64,000 nucleotides of DNA from Synechococcales cyanobacterium S06 (GTDB taxonomy: Bacteria > Cyanobacteriota > Cyanobacteriia > Cyanobacteriales > JAABRE01): positions 76 through 64,075 of the forward strand of contig JAABRE010000022.1 of NCBI GenBank assembly GCA_011391125.1, in the 5' to 3' direction. Made by a program: the position numbers and the translations under genes. Shown piece by piece: positions 56,401 to 64,000 of the stretch; within the stretch, counting starts at the first letter, position 1, and the number at the start of each line of letters is the position of its first letter. The notes under the pieces are model-generated. The model was not told the origin of the DNA and ran no database searches. It saw only the letters and a list, made by a program, of their open reading frames with translations.

Positions 56401-56763
56401 GGTTGTGATGAGGTTATATCTAAACCTTTTCGAAAAGACTTGATTTATGAAAAAACAGCCCATTATCTCAATTTAACCTATCTTTATCAAGAAAAACATA
56501 AGGTAACAAAAAGCTCCAAGACAGCGAATCAAAATTATAGTATTATTATTGAAAATGTACAAACTCAAATTAAATTAATGCCTTCCGATTGGTTAAAGCA
56601 ACTTGAACAAGCCGTTCTTGGTGCGAGGGAAAATCAAATTAGGCAACTTACTAATCAAATTCCCCCAGAATATTCTTTATTACAAACAACTTTAATTGAT
56701 TTAGTTAATTCCCTTGATTTTGAACAGATTACAAATTTGATAGAAAGTAGCTATAATCCTTAG
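53485..56763 (+). CDS. Multi-GAF cyanobacteriochrome-type hybrid sensor histidine kinase (3 GAF, HisKA, HATPase, REC, unassigned C-terminal module)
   Basis: GAF2 has DRCF then SPCH 28 residues later. GAF3 has RDTYF then SDCH 28 residues later, followed by LLEMFQIRAYL. HisKA SHELRTPLN, G-box GTGLGL, REC LIWMDIKMPILDG. Confidence 0.8.
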   Translation: MSSKKGQKIRLNTPKPWSSFMTKEKVLSQILANIRLSLNINSIFSITTEEVRKFLQVERVAIYRFNHDNSGEFVIDSVASEYECLLSQQKKDPQLNKNVSEYSLKYLPFKENYETNLGSSQGKDFRKRKNFRFCNDINQEDFSPCYLQLLKKFQTQAYVIIPIYEHSNLWGLFLISQNSRPRNWQIIEINFLIQIADCFSIALQQNELLKQIQTQKTEFKTKLNAQLQSRTEELAREAEKERALAQVIEKIRQTLDLETIFNTATREIRQLMHADRVGIFQFKPDSNYQEGEFICENVVAPYISALKEQVFDRCFGENYVTDYQKGRILVINDLETANLSPCHAHILARFQIRANLVLPLIKGQELWGLLCLHQCSAPRQWQQSEIDFLKKIAVQLGVALQQADLLAKAEKRSQELQEALTTVQEQKEQQAIIAQQERTISRISSSIRQALDVDKIFQITTQEIRQTLECSRVVVYRFFPDWNGEFVYESSCEDCTPLIVANIKTVWRDTYFQETHGGRYANHESFAVKDIYTIGHSDCHIELLEMFQIRAYLIAPVFVGDQLWGLLAAYQNTGPRDWEEREINLLACIGEQLGLAVQQSELLAQLRETSEKANAANYAKSEFLANMSHELRTPLNAILGFTQLLENDNSLNKKQQEYLNIIGRSGCHLLNLLNDVLEMSKIEAGKISLNENDVDLHQLITTLEEIFILKAQAKNLQLTFQCSSKVPRYIQTDESKLRQVLINLIGNGIKFTESGYVILRLNCSPESNGNYRLSFEVEDTGVGIPPEDLDNLFKPFFQSEMGKKFQEGTGLGLRISQEFVQLMGGIITVKSRPNQGSIFSFNILVNLGEANNLSSVSKKRIVGLSSTQKNYRILVADDKPESRLVLKQMFSPLGMEVMEAENGQETIEIWQKWRPHLIWMDIKMPILDGYEATKIIRKKEQKHKNLATKNRVVIIALTASVFDTQISTLLDAGCDEVISKPFRKDLIYEKTAHYLNLTYLYQEKHKVTKSSKTANQNYSIIIENVQTQIKLMPSDWLKQLEQAVLGARENQIRQLTNQIPPEYSLLQTTLIDLVNSLDFEQITNLIESSYNP

Positions 56764-56940
56764 CAAACTGCTAATTTATCCCTTAAGATAGATTTGAGAA
56801 ACCATGGTTTGTTTTTTAATTTTCATGGGTAACTTAAATAAATGTTAGCTGACTTAAGCCAAGTTTTTATCTAAAAAGATTAACGACTTAATGTTCCATA
56901 ACTTCCCCTAAAAAAGGGGACCCAATTAAGCAAAAATATT

Positions 56941-57059
56941 AGTTGTAAAAAATTGTTTTCACGAAACCCTTACTGTAGAGACGTGGTCTGCAACGTCTCT
57001 ACACAACCATATCTGATTGCTATATAAAATTTGTTAAAATTCATTTAGGATTGCTATAG
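56941..57059. mobile_element. MITE family A copy (inverted, compound)
   Basis: gttgtaaaaaattgttttcacgaaa...gtagagacgtggtctgcaacgtctctac...gattgctatat plus a second catttaggattgctatag end. Confidence 0.7.
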
Positions 57060-57102
57060 TTTTGCCCTGATCTGAAAATGCCGATTTTTCTTTTAAAATG
57101 TT

Positions 57103-60090
57103 ATGAATAAACTCCTTGATTCAAATTCAATCTCTGTTAATCTTGATCAATATGACCAAGAATTAATTCATGCTCCTGGTTATATTCAACCTCACGGAGT
57201 CTTGATAGTTTTGGACAAAAAAAATTTAAACATTTTGCAAATAAGTGAAAATACGGAACAATTTTTTGGAGTGACAGCCCAATCTTTAATTAATCAGGAA
57301 ATAACTAAGTTATTTCCTGTGTTTCAAGTAAAGAAGATTCGTAAATATATTAGTAATAATGGTGATGATAATATTCATAATTACGGGCTAAAAATTAAAC
57401 TATTTAATAAATCATTTCAAGCAGTAATCCATCAAGGTTCAGAAAATCTAATTTTGGAATTAGAATCACAAGAATTAACAAATAATAAATCAATCAATTT
57501 AACTGAAACGATTAGAACCTCTATTTATCAACTTAAAAAAGCCACTAATATCTCAGAATTATCTCAATATTTAGCTGAAAATATTAAAGATATAATCCAC
57601 TTTGATCGGGTAATGATTTATCAATTTAAAGAAGATAATAGCGGAGTTGTAATTGCCGAAGCTAAAGAAAATCACCTAGAAAGTTACTTAAATTTACATT
57701 ATCCAGAATTCGATATTCCCGAAGTTGCGAGAAGACTTTATCGTGAAAATTGGCTGAGAATTATTCCTGATGTTAATTATCAACCCATTCCTATTATTCC
57801 GAATTCTGAATCCTTAGATTTAAGTCCGACTTTTTTAAGAAGTGTTTCTCCTTGTCATCTAACTTATCTTAAAAATATGGGAGTTACTGCTTCCATGTCT
57901 ATCTCTTTAATTCACGAAAATAAACTGTGGGGATTGATTGCTTGTCATCATTATAGCCCGAAATATATTGATTATGAAACTAGAAAAAATTGTGAATTTT
58001 TGGGTCAGTTTCTGTCTTTACAAACTAAGGTCATCCAAGAACAAGAATTGCGTCAATATCTGCACAAAATTGACCAGATTAAAACTAATATTAGGGAACA
58101 AATTCGGCAATATCCTAGTTTTATTAATGATTTAATTAAAGCTCATGAACCTATGATAATTGATTTGGTACATTCCCAAGGAATGGCCATAATTTTAGGA
58201 AAACAAGTTATTTTAAGTGGAAAAACACCTGACGAATCCCTGATCATTAATCTGGTCAATCAAGTTTTAAAACCAGAAAAAAAAGAGGTTTTTTATACAG
58301 ATTGTCTCAGTCAAATTTATCCTGAAGCTGAACAATTTAAAACAGTTGCTAGTGGCATTTTAGCGATTTCAATTTTTCTCAGTACCACTTCTTATCATCT
58401 GATTTGGTTTCGACCAGAACAAAGACAAACTAAACATTGGGCCGGTAATCCCGAAGCGGTTTTTTCTCAAGAAAATCCTGATAATATCCCCATTTTATCA
58501 CCAAGAAATTCCTTTAAAATCTGGCAAGAAACCGTTAAAAATAAGTCTTTATCTTGGCAAAAAGTCGAAATAGAAGCAGCTCAAGAATTAAGAACAATTA
58601 TCTTATTAGCAGCTTTAGAATTTTCACAAATTTCCCATGAATTGTTGGAAGAAAATGCGAAACAAGCTGAAGCCGCCAATCAGGCCAAAACTCAGTTTTT
58701 AGCCAAAATGAGCCATGAATTAAGAACACCTTTAAATGCTATTTTAGGATTTTCCCACATTCTTAGTCGGGATTTTTCTTTATCAGTTCAACAGCGAGAT
58801 TATTTGGATATAATTAATCACAGTGGTGAATATTTATTATCATTAATTAACGATGTTTTGGAAATGTCTAAAATTGAAGCTGGCCAATTAAAACTTAATC
58901 AAAATAATTTTGATTTTTGGGAATTAATTAAGTCTATTCAAGAGATGTTTTGCATTAAAGCTTCTGATCAAGGTTTACATCTATTATTAGAACAACAAGA
59001 AAATTTACCCCAATATCTTCTCGGTGATGAAGCAAAAATTAGACAAATTATTGTTAATTTAGTTGGTAATGCCATTAAATTTACGGAGCATGGCCATGTG
59101 ATTTTGCGCATTTCTCAACTAACTACAAAACCCCAAAAAATTAAGGTTAAAATTGAAGTAGAAGATACGGGTAAAGGTATTTCTCCCGAAGAACTTGACC
59201 TGATTTTTGACCCCTTTAAACAAGCACAAAATAAAAATCACTCTGAATCCGGAACAGGTTTAGGCCTTTCTATTTCCCAACAATTTGCCCACTTAATGGG
59301 TGGCGAAATTACTGTCACAAGTCAATTAAATCAAGGCTCAATTTTTACCTGTATTTTAAATTTGGAACTTTCTCCCCCTACTTTTTTACCCTCTCAAAAA
59401 ACAACTCAAAAAGTTCTTCGTTTAGCTTCAGAAGAGCCTATTTATCGCATTTTGGTGGTGGAAGATGTCCCCGAAAATCAGAAATTAATGGTTCATCTTT
59501 TGCAATCTGTGGGTTTTCAAGTTAATTCTGCCTATGATGGTTTGCAGGCGATCGCACTTTGGCAATCTTGGCAGCCTGATTTAATATTCATGGACATGAG
59601 AATGCCCAAATTAGATGGTTATGAAGCAACTAGGCGAATTAGACAATTAGAGCTTTCTAACCCTGAACTTCCCTCGGTGTCCATTGTTGCTTTAACTGCC
59701 ACAGTTTTTGAAGAAGAACGCAAAGATATTTTCGCTGTGGGTTGCAATGATATTGTTTATAAACCATTTCGAGAAGAAGTTTTATTTGAGATCATAAATA
59801 AACATTTAAGGGTACAATATGTTTATGAAAATGAACCTCTTAAAAAGAATCAAATTGCCTTCCTTCAGCTTAATGAAGTAAAATGCAAGCTATCTTTAAT
59901 GCCGAATGAATGGAGAGAACAACTCAAAGAAGCAGCAGTTAGTGCTAGAGAAAAAAACATTTTAAATCTGATTAAACAAATTCCCCAAGAACACTTTTCC
60001 TTGGCCCAAGCTCTAAACAGAATGTTAGATAATCTGGCTTTTAGTGACATTATAAATTTAACGGAGAATCCGACAAATGAAGAATTTTGA
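57103..60090 (+). CDS. Cph1-type phytochrome hybrid histidine kinase (PAS2-GAF-PHY, HisKA, HATPase, REC, C-terminal module)
   Basis: ELIHAPGYIQPHGVLIVL, FDRVMIYQF, HYPEFDIPEVARRLY, canonical RSVSPCHLTYLKNMGV, LWGLIACHH, PHY tongue PRNSFKIWQE, and SHELRTPLN. Confidence 0.9.
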   Translation: MNKLLDSNSISVNLDQYDQELIHAPGYIQPHGVLIVLDKKNLNILQISENTEQFFGVTAQSLINQEITKLFPVFQVKKIRKYISNNGDDNIHNYGLKIKLFNKSFQAVIHQGSENLILELESQELTNNKSINLTETIRTSIYQLKKATNISELSQYLAENIKDIIHFDRVMIYQFKEDNSGVVIAEAKENHLESYLNLHYPEFDIPEVARRLYRENWLRIIPDVNYQPIPIIPNSESLDLSPTFLRSVSPCHLTYLKNMGVTASMSISLIHENKLWGLIACHHYSPKYIDYETRKNCEFLGQFLSLQTKVIQEQELRQYLHKIDQIKTNIREQIRQYPSFINDLIKAHEPMIIDLVHSQGMAIILGKQVILSGKTPDESLIINLVNQVLKPEKKEVFYTDCLSQIYPEAEQFKTVASGILAISIFLSTTSYHLIWFRPEQRQTKHWAGNPEAVFSQENPDNIPILSPRNSFKIWQETVKNKSLSWQKVEIEAAQELRTIILLAALEFSQISHELLEENAKQAEAANQAKTQFLAKMSHELRTPLNAILGFSHILSRDFSLSVQQRDYLDIINHSGEYLLSLINDVLEMSKIEAGQLKLNQNNFDFWELIKSIQEMFCIKASDQGLHLLLEQQENLPQYLLGDEAKIRQIIVNLVGNAIKFTEHGHVILRISQLTTKPQKIKVKIEVEDTGKGISPEELDLIFDPFKQAQNKNHSESGTGLGLSISQQFAHLMGGEITVTSQLNQGSIFTCILNLELSPPTFLPSQKTTQKVLRLASEEPIYRILVVEDVPENQKLMVHLLQSVGFQVNSAYDGLQAIALWQSWQPDLIFMDMRMPKLDGYEATRRIRQLELSNPELPSVSIVALTATVFEEERKDIFAVGCNDIVYKPFREEVLFEIINKHLRVQYVYENEPLKKNQIAFLQLNEVKCKLSLMPNEWREQLKEAAVSAREKNILNLIKQIPQEHFSLAQALNRMLDNLAFSDIINLTENPTNEEF

Positions 60091-61180
60091 TCTACAAAAA
60101 AAAGCCGATATTTTAATAGTTGATGATGTGCCTGAAAATCTCAAACTATTATTTACCATGTTAACCGAACAAGGTTATGATGTGCGAAGAGTTTTAAGTG
60201 GTAAACAAGCTTTGAAGGCGATCGAATTTGATCCACCTGATCTCATTTTATTAGATATTAAAATGCCAGAAATGGACGGTTATCAAGTATGTCAACATCT
60301 GAAAAATTCACCCAAAACCCAAGATATTCCCATTATATTTTTAAGTGCACTTAATGATACCTTTGATAAAATTAAAGCCTTTGAATCTGGCGGTATTGAT
60401 TTTATAAATAAACCTTTTCAAATATCTGAAGTTTTGGTTCGAGTTGATAATCAAATTAAAATCCTCAAAATGCAGCGAAAACTTCAGCAGAAAACTCAGG
60501 AATTAGATAGCTTAACTGAAGAATTAGAGACAATTCAGGCCTATCTTGCAGGGGATTTGCATCAAAGTTGCAGTAATATTAATAGTTTCAGTTACATTCT
60601 CAAAGAAAACTATCAACAGAAAATTGATCCCAAAGCCATTGATCTCATTAGCATTATTGATCAGAATAGTGAAAAAATGGAGATCATTATTCAAGAATTA
60701 TTGCGTTTATCTAAAATTAAATCTAGTCCCCTAGTGAGAGAATCCGTTAATTTGAGTAAACTTGTTACCAACATTATCCCCATCTTAAAACAAATTAATC
60801 TCGAGAGAAAAATCGATTTTCTGATTAGCGATAATCTCAACGGTAAAGGGGATGAAAAATTACTTGATCAACTGTTGAATAACTTACTATATAATGCTTG
60901 TTTATCGACAAATAAAAAAGAGCAAACGGTAATTGAATTTGGTTCAATTGCGGCAATAAATCAGGCAATTTACTTTGTAAAAGATAATGGATTCGGTTTT
61001 AATTCCGAGCAAATCGATCTCTTATTTACCCCTAGTCAAATTCTTCCGAATCAAGAAGAATTGCCCGGATATGGTATTCGTTTATTGATAGTTAATCAAA
61101 TAATTCAGCGTCATGGTGGTAAAATTTGGTGCGAATCTGAACCGAACCAAGGAGCAACATTTTATTTTACTTTAGAATAA
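60077..61180 (+). CDS. Response-regulator receiver fused to a histidine-kinase-like core
   Basis: REC DLILLDIKMPEMDG, coiled coil, then an H-box-like GDLHQS and a HATPase-like C-terminus GYGIRL..HGGKIWCESEPNQGATFYF. It overlaps the phytochrome gene by 14 nt. Confidence 0.8.
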   Translation: MKNFDLQKKADILIVDDVPENLKLLFTMLTEQGYDVRRVLSGKQALKAIEFDPPDLILLDIKMPEMDGYQVCQHLKNSPKTQDIPIIFLSALNDTFDKIKAFESGGIDFINKPFQISEVLVRVDNQIKILKMQRKLQQKTQELDSLTEELETIQAYLAGDLHQSCSNINSFSYILKENYQQKIDPKAIDLISIIDQNSEKMEIIIQELLRLSKIKSSPLVRESVNLSKLVTNIIPILKQINLERKIDFLISDNLNGKGDEKLLDQLLNNLLYNACLSTNKKEQTVIEFGSIAAINQAIYFVKDNGFGFNSEQIDLLFTPSQILPNQEELPGYGIRLLIVNQIIQRHGGKIWCESEPNQGATFYFTLE

Positions 61181-61182
61181 CG

Positions 61183-61207
61183 GTAGGGTGGGCAATTCCC
61201 ACCCTAC
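61183..61207. terminator. Bidirectional hairpin between the converging REC-HK and hspA genes (family D short form)
   Basis: GTAGGGTGGG caatt CCCACCCTAC. Confidence 0.6.
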
Positions 61208-61216
61208 TTATAAAAT

Positions 61217-61678
61217 TTAACCTTCAATGGCCGGTTTTTCTTCCCCACCTAAACTAATTCTAATAACTTTATCTTTTGCTTCTTCAAGTTTAGGTAAAGT
61301 TAAGGTCAAAATACCATCTTTAAATTCAGCGGTTACTTCTTCCTTTCTAATGGGAACTGGTAGACCAACAGTGCGTTGAAACTTACCATAACTAAACTCG
61401 GAATGATAATAACCTTTGTCTTCAGTTTTTTTCTCGTAACGATGTTCACCTGCGAGAGTTACCGCATCTCGGGTAACACTAATATCTAAATCTTTCGCTT
61501 CTAAACCGGGCAAACATGCTCTTAAAGTTAGGTGACTGTCATTATCAATTAACTCAATGGCTGGTTTCCAAGTGTCTTGACCTAAAGCATTAAAACCTAC
61601 CAAATCATCAAACATCCGATCCATTTGACGACGTAAAGTGTAAATTTCTGGAAATGGGTTAAATTGAATAATTGGCAT
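61217..61678 (-). CDS. hspA: Small heat-shock protein, Hsp20/alpha-crystallin family
   Basis: 153 aa with an alpha-crystallin core ...AELPG....DI.V....L.I.GE and the C-terminal pattern GILTLTLPK. Confidence 0.92.
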   Translation of the reverse strand: MPIIQFNPFPEIYTLRRQMDRMFDDLVGFNALGQDTWKPAIELIDNDSHLTLRACLPGLEAKDLDISVTRDAVTLAGEHRYEKKTEDKGYYHSEFSYGKFQRTVGLPVPIRKEEVTAEFKDGILTLTLPKLEEAKDKVIRISLGGEEKPAIEG

Positions 61679-61875
61679 ATACTTACGCCTCCTAAAATTC
61701 GATTTCTAAAACTGATTAAGCTTGTTTTGTTTACACTTTTATAATGCCACGATTTTTTTTTTTTTAAAGTGTAGAAAACCGAAAAAATATTAGTGTTATT
61801 TACCGTATCTGGACCAGAAAAATCACCTTATGGGAAACAACCTTGGGATAAGTGCATAATTTAACCTGTTCAAAC

Positions 61876-63006
61876 TTACACAAAGCTGTTTAAAGCTTTA
61901 AGATCAGATTGAAAAAGTATGGCATTATCTTGAAAGATAACGGCAGATGCCTGCAAAGCCCGTAACATAATATTACGAGCGCCAACCCAATCACGAACGG
62001 CTTTATAACCGCAGTGTGGGCATTTAAAGGTTTTGTTACCGCCTAATTTCTCGTGGATTTCGCCACAATGAGGACAAGTTTTGGAGGTGTAACTTTCGTT
62101 GCAACGAACGACTAAAACGCCTTTTCTCTGAGCTTGTTGAGTGAGATGTTGGGCAAATCTGTAGTGACTCCATGTCAATAAGTTTCTTACTGATTTGGAA
62201 TTGAGCTTTCTACGGGATTTTAAGACCATTTCACTGGAGTTAAAGGTAGGGAGAAAAATTAATTTATAGTGGTTAACCAAATAATTAGCCGCTTTTTTAT
62301 GTAAGTCATCGACTAAATTCCTAATCCTCTCTCGCATACGGTGACTAGCTTTGCGCATTTTATATCGCTGACGTTTTGATTGACATTTGCTAATACGAGA
62401 CATTAAATCATCTAATTTGAAACAAAGTCGATTAATCTTACCAATATCTTGATTGCCAAATTCTACAATACTTTCTCCGTCATAACCAGTGAGAAATGTG
62501 CGACAACCAGGGTCAAGGGCAATTACGTTAGATTGCTCAGTGTGTTCGAGCTGTTTATATTCAGGAAAACAGCCGTACCACTTACCCCGTGCGTATTGTA
62601 ACTGAGTTCCATAACCGCAATTTTGGGGTAAAGATTGAATTGTTTTAAAAGTTAGCCCTTTGGTCAAGCGAGCATACCAAGTACCTTTTTTGAAGTTATT
62701 GACTTTGAATTTGATGATTTGAGACGGTGCTTTACAAGACTTAAACTTAGCTTCACCCTTGTTGGCTTTTGCTTGTTTAAAAGCGTCAAAAGCATCGGAA
62801 CAGGCTTCTTGCAATTGATGTCCAGGTAAGGATTTTACCCATTCGGGTCTGTCAAAATCACGAACGTATTTTTGTAAATCAAAAGCTGACCCTTGATAAA
62901 CACCTTTCAAAGTAGCAATACAAAAGTTGTAAATCCACCGATAAGCGGCTAACCACTGCTTCCAAACAGCGTGAAGTTCTTTAGAGGGATACAATCTCAC
63001 TTTCAT
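61876..63006 (-). CDS. tnpB: RNA-guided endonuclease TnpB (IS607-type)
   Basis: Starts MKVRLYPSKELHAVWKQW. RuvC-I ALDPGCRTF, RuvC-II region FNSSEMV, zinc ribbon CPHCG...CPHCG, RuvC-III RDWVGARNI. The 197-codon upstream extension in the ORF track lies over tnpA in another frame. Confidence 0.85.
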   Translation of the reverse strand: MKVRLYPSKELHAVWKQWLAAYRWIYNFCIATLKGVYQGSAFDLQKYVRDFDRPEWVKSLPGHQLQEACSDAFDAFKQAKANKGEAKFKSCKAPSQIIKFKVNNFKKGTWYARLTKGLTFKTIQSLPQNCGYGTQLQYARGKWYGCFPEYKQLEHTEQSNVIALDPGCRTFLTGYDGESIVEFGNQDIGKINRLCFKLDDLMSRISKCQSKRQRYKMRKASHRMRERIRNLVDDLHKKAANYLVNHYKLIFLPTFNSSEMVLKSRRKLNSKSVRNLLTWSHYRFAQHLTQQAQRKGVLVVRCNESYTSKTCPHCGEIHEKLGGNKTFKCPHCGYKAVRDWVGARNIMLRALQASAVIFQDNAILFQSDLKALNSFV

Positions 63007-63619
63007 CAAACTGTTCGGTGTCTGTTTGTTGGTCTGATGACGGGGCTTCAACTTGAAACTCTGACCTGGCTTGCTTTTCGTACTTGCGCATTCCGTATAA
63101 CCTAGCAGAGAAGCAGTGGAGGATGGACAATATATCTTGTACGAGTTCTTCGTGGGGAGAGAGACTCTTTTTACGGAGAACCACGAGTTCGCAGCCACCT
63201 TTGACGCACAGCCATTCAATAAGTGGGAATCCGAATCGCACAAGTCGGTCGGAGTGAGCCACGACAAGTGTGCCGATATTTCCTTCGTATATTCGTCCCA
63301 AAAGAGCGAGGAATTTTCGCCGTTTAAAATTGAGTCCGCTCCCAACTTCTGTAATAAGTTCTGCTGTTGGATATGACTGGCGTAGAAATTCAGCCTGTCT
63401 GGCGAGGTCATCTTTTTGTCCGTGACTGCTAACTCTGGCGTAACACACAACAGGCTTTTGTTCCTCGACTTCTTCGATGACGTAACGTCTTTGGTTGCCG
63501 TGGGTGCGAACAGACTTAACTGCACCGAGCTTGTCCCATCGGCGGAGGGTGGCGGTGCTGACCCCAAATATTTCGGCGGCTTCTGACGGCGTGACATATT
63601 TTTTGCTCACAACAAACAT
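62981..63619 (-). CDS. tnpA: IS607-family serine recombinase transposase TnpA
   Basis: N-terminal MerR-like HTH EAAEIFGVSTATLRRWDKLG, then the resolvase catalytic motif VCYARVSSHGQKDDLARQ. Confidence 0.9.
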   Translation of the reverse strand: MFVVSKKYVTPSEAAEIFGVSTATLRRWDKLGAVKSVRTHGNQRRYVIEEVEEQKPVVCYARVSSHGQKDDLARQAEFLRQSYPTAELITEVGSGLNFKRRKFLALLGRIYEGNIGTLVVAHSDRLVRFGFPLIEWLCVKGGCELVVLRKKSLSPHEELVQDILSILHCFSARLYGMRKYEKQARSEFQVEAPSSDQQTDTEQFDESEIVSL

Positions 63620-63715
63620 TAGAGAGTCAGTAGGGAAGTTACCCTCCCTTACTTCTCCTCCGAAACCGTACGTGAGACTTTCATCTCATACGGCTACTCA
63701 ATAAGATTACCATTG

Positions 63716-64000
63716 TCATGGGAGCTTCACCTTGAGACTTTTCTCCAGTTGTTGCCTTTCTTTTTCAATAATGATTAAGTCTAGCTTGTCTGGTTTTTTT
63801 GTTCCTTTACCTTTTGGCTTTTTGGCTTTGGGTTGAGGTTTCTTGTCTCTCAAAGATTTCATTTCCTTGCGTACAGATTTGATTTCGTTAATTAAATCAA
63901 TTTTAGCTAACCCTAACCTTTCGATTTGAGTTTTATTAGCTTCGCTTAATTTAAGACTTTTACGTCTCTTAATTTCTATCTCAACTGCGTCGAGTTTAGC
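63716..64000 (-). CDS. 3' end of a Lys-rich coiled-coil hypothetical protein; 5' part outside the window
   Basis: The frame is open from the window edge to a TGA at 63716. Manual translation gives ...KSLRDKKPQPKAKKPKGKGTKKPDKLDLIIIEKERQQLEKSLKVKLP*. Confidence 0.35.
   Translation of the reverse strand, partial: AKLDAVEIEIKRRKSLKLSEANKTQIERLGLAKIDLINEIKSVRKEMKSLRDKKPQPKAKKPKGKGTKKPDKLDLIIIEKERQQLEKSLKVKLP

Larger units (their letters stand above)
61780..63715 (-). mobile_element. IS607-family element (tnpA serine recombinase plus tnpB); boundaries approximate
   Basis: The gene pair overlaps by 26 nt. The region looks more G+C-rich than its flanks (not computed). Ends were not defined. Confidence 0.6.

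Noticed and set aside
61679-61760. RNA thermometer in the hspA 5' UTR
   Set aside because: I could not find an anti-Shine-Dalgarno stretch (CCUCC-like) able to pair with the AGGAGG upstream of the hspA ATG. The idea rests only on analogy with other small heat-shock genes.
61876-63597. 573-aa ORF suggesting a very long TnpB
   Set aside because: The first 197 codons overlap tnpA in another frame and translate to low-complexity Ser/Pro/Lys-rich sequence. A canonical TnpB N-terminus (MKVRLYPSKEL...) begins at the ATG at 63006, so the extension is treated as a chance open frame.

Overview
AT-rich cyanobacterial chromosomal segment. The assignment rests on the photosystem I genes psaL and psaI, the zwf-opcA pair, a GTA-N8-TAC NtcA-type site, many HIP1 GCGATCGC octamers and heptanucleotide tandem arrays. 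Genus was not determined. Most of the window is housekeeping: zwf-opcA, pdxH, scpA, the urea cluster ureG plus urtABCDE, recJ, psaI/psaL, a PerR-like Fur regulator divergent from a rubrerythrin, a LeuC-like dehydratase, cobS, an M1 aminopeptidase, a cysteine desulfurase, ilvH, trpB, rsmE and hspA. Between these lie accessory and mobile loci: one solo IS605-type tnpB, one IS607 tnpA-tnpB element, a tnpB remnant, several MITE families, toxin-antitoxin pairs (MazF, HicAB, MNT with a short HEPN-like ORF), Uma2 and PD-(D/E)XK nucleases, and decayed exoprotein genes. There are two signalling islands. One is a REC-GAF-PAS histidine kinase followed by a REC-GGDEF(degenerate)-EAL protein. The other is a photosensory cluster: a multi-GAF cyanobacteriochrome hybrid kinase, a Cph1-type phytochrome hybrid kinase and an overlapping REC-HK. 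No rRNA, tRNA or CRISPR array was recognised by eye. No complete novel multi-gene system can be demonstrated. The best leads are: the photoreceptor island with a shared unassigned C-terminal module; a protein-kinase-like ORF translationally coupled to an orphan MacB-type permease; domain accretions on UrtD and OpcA; a nuclease gene inside the urt operon; both TnpB elements sitting co-directionally just upstream of host genes; and heptamer arrays that abut start and stop codons. All functional calls come from reading motifs in the supplied translations. No database search or computation was run.
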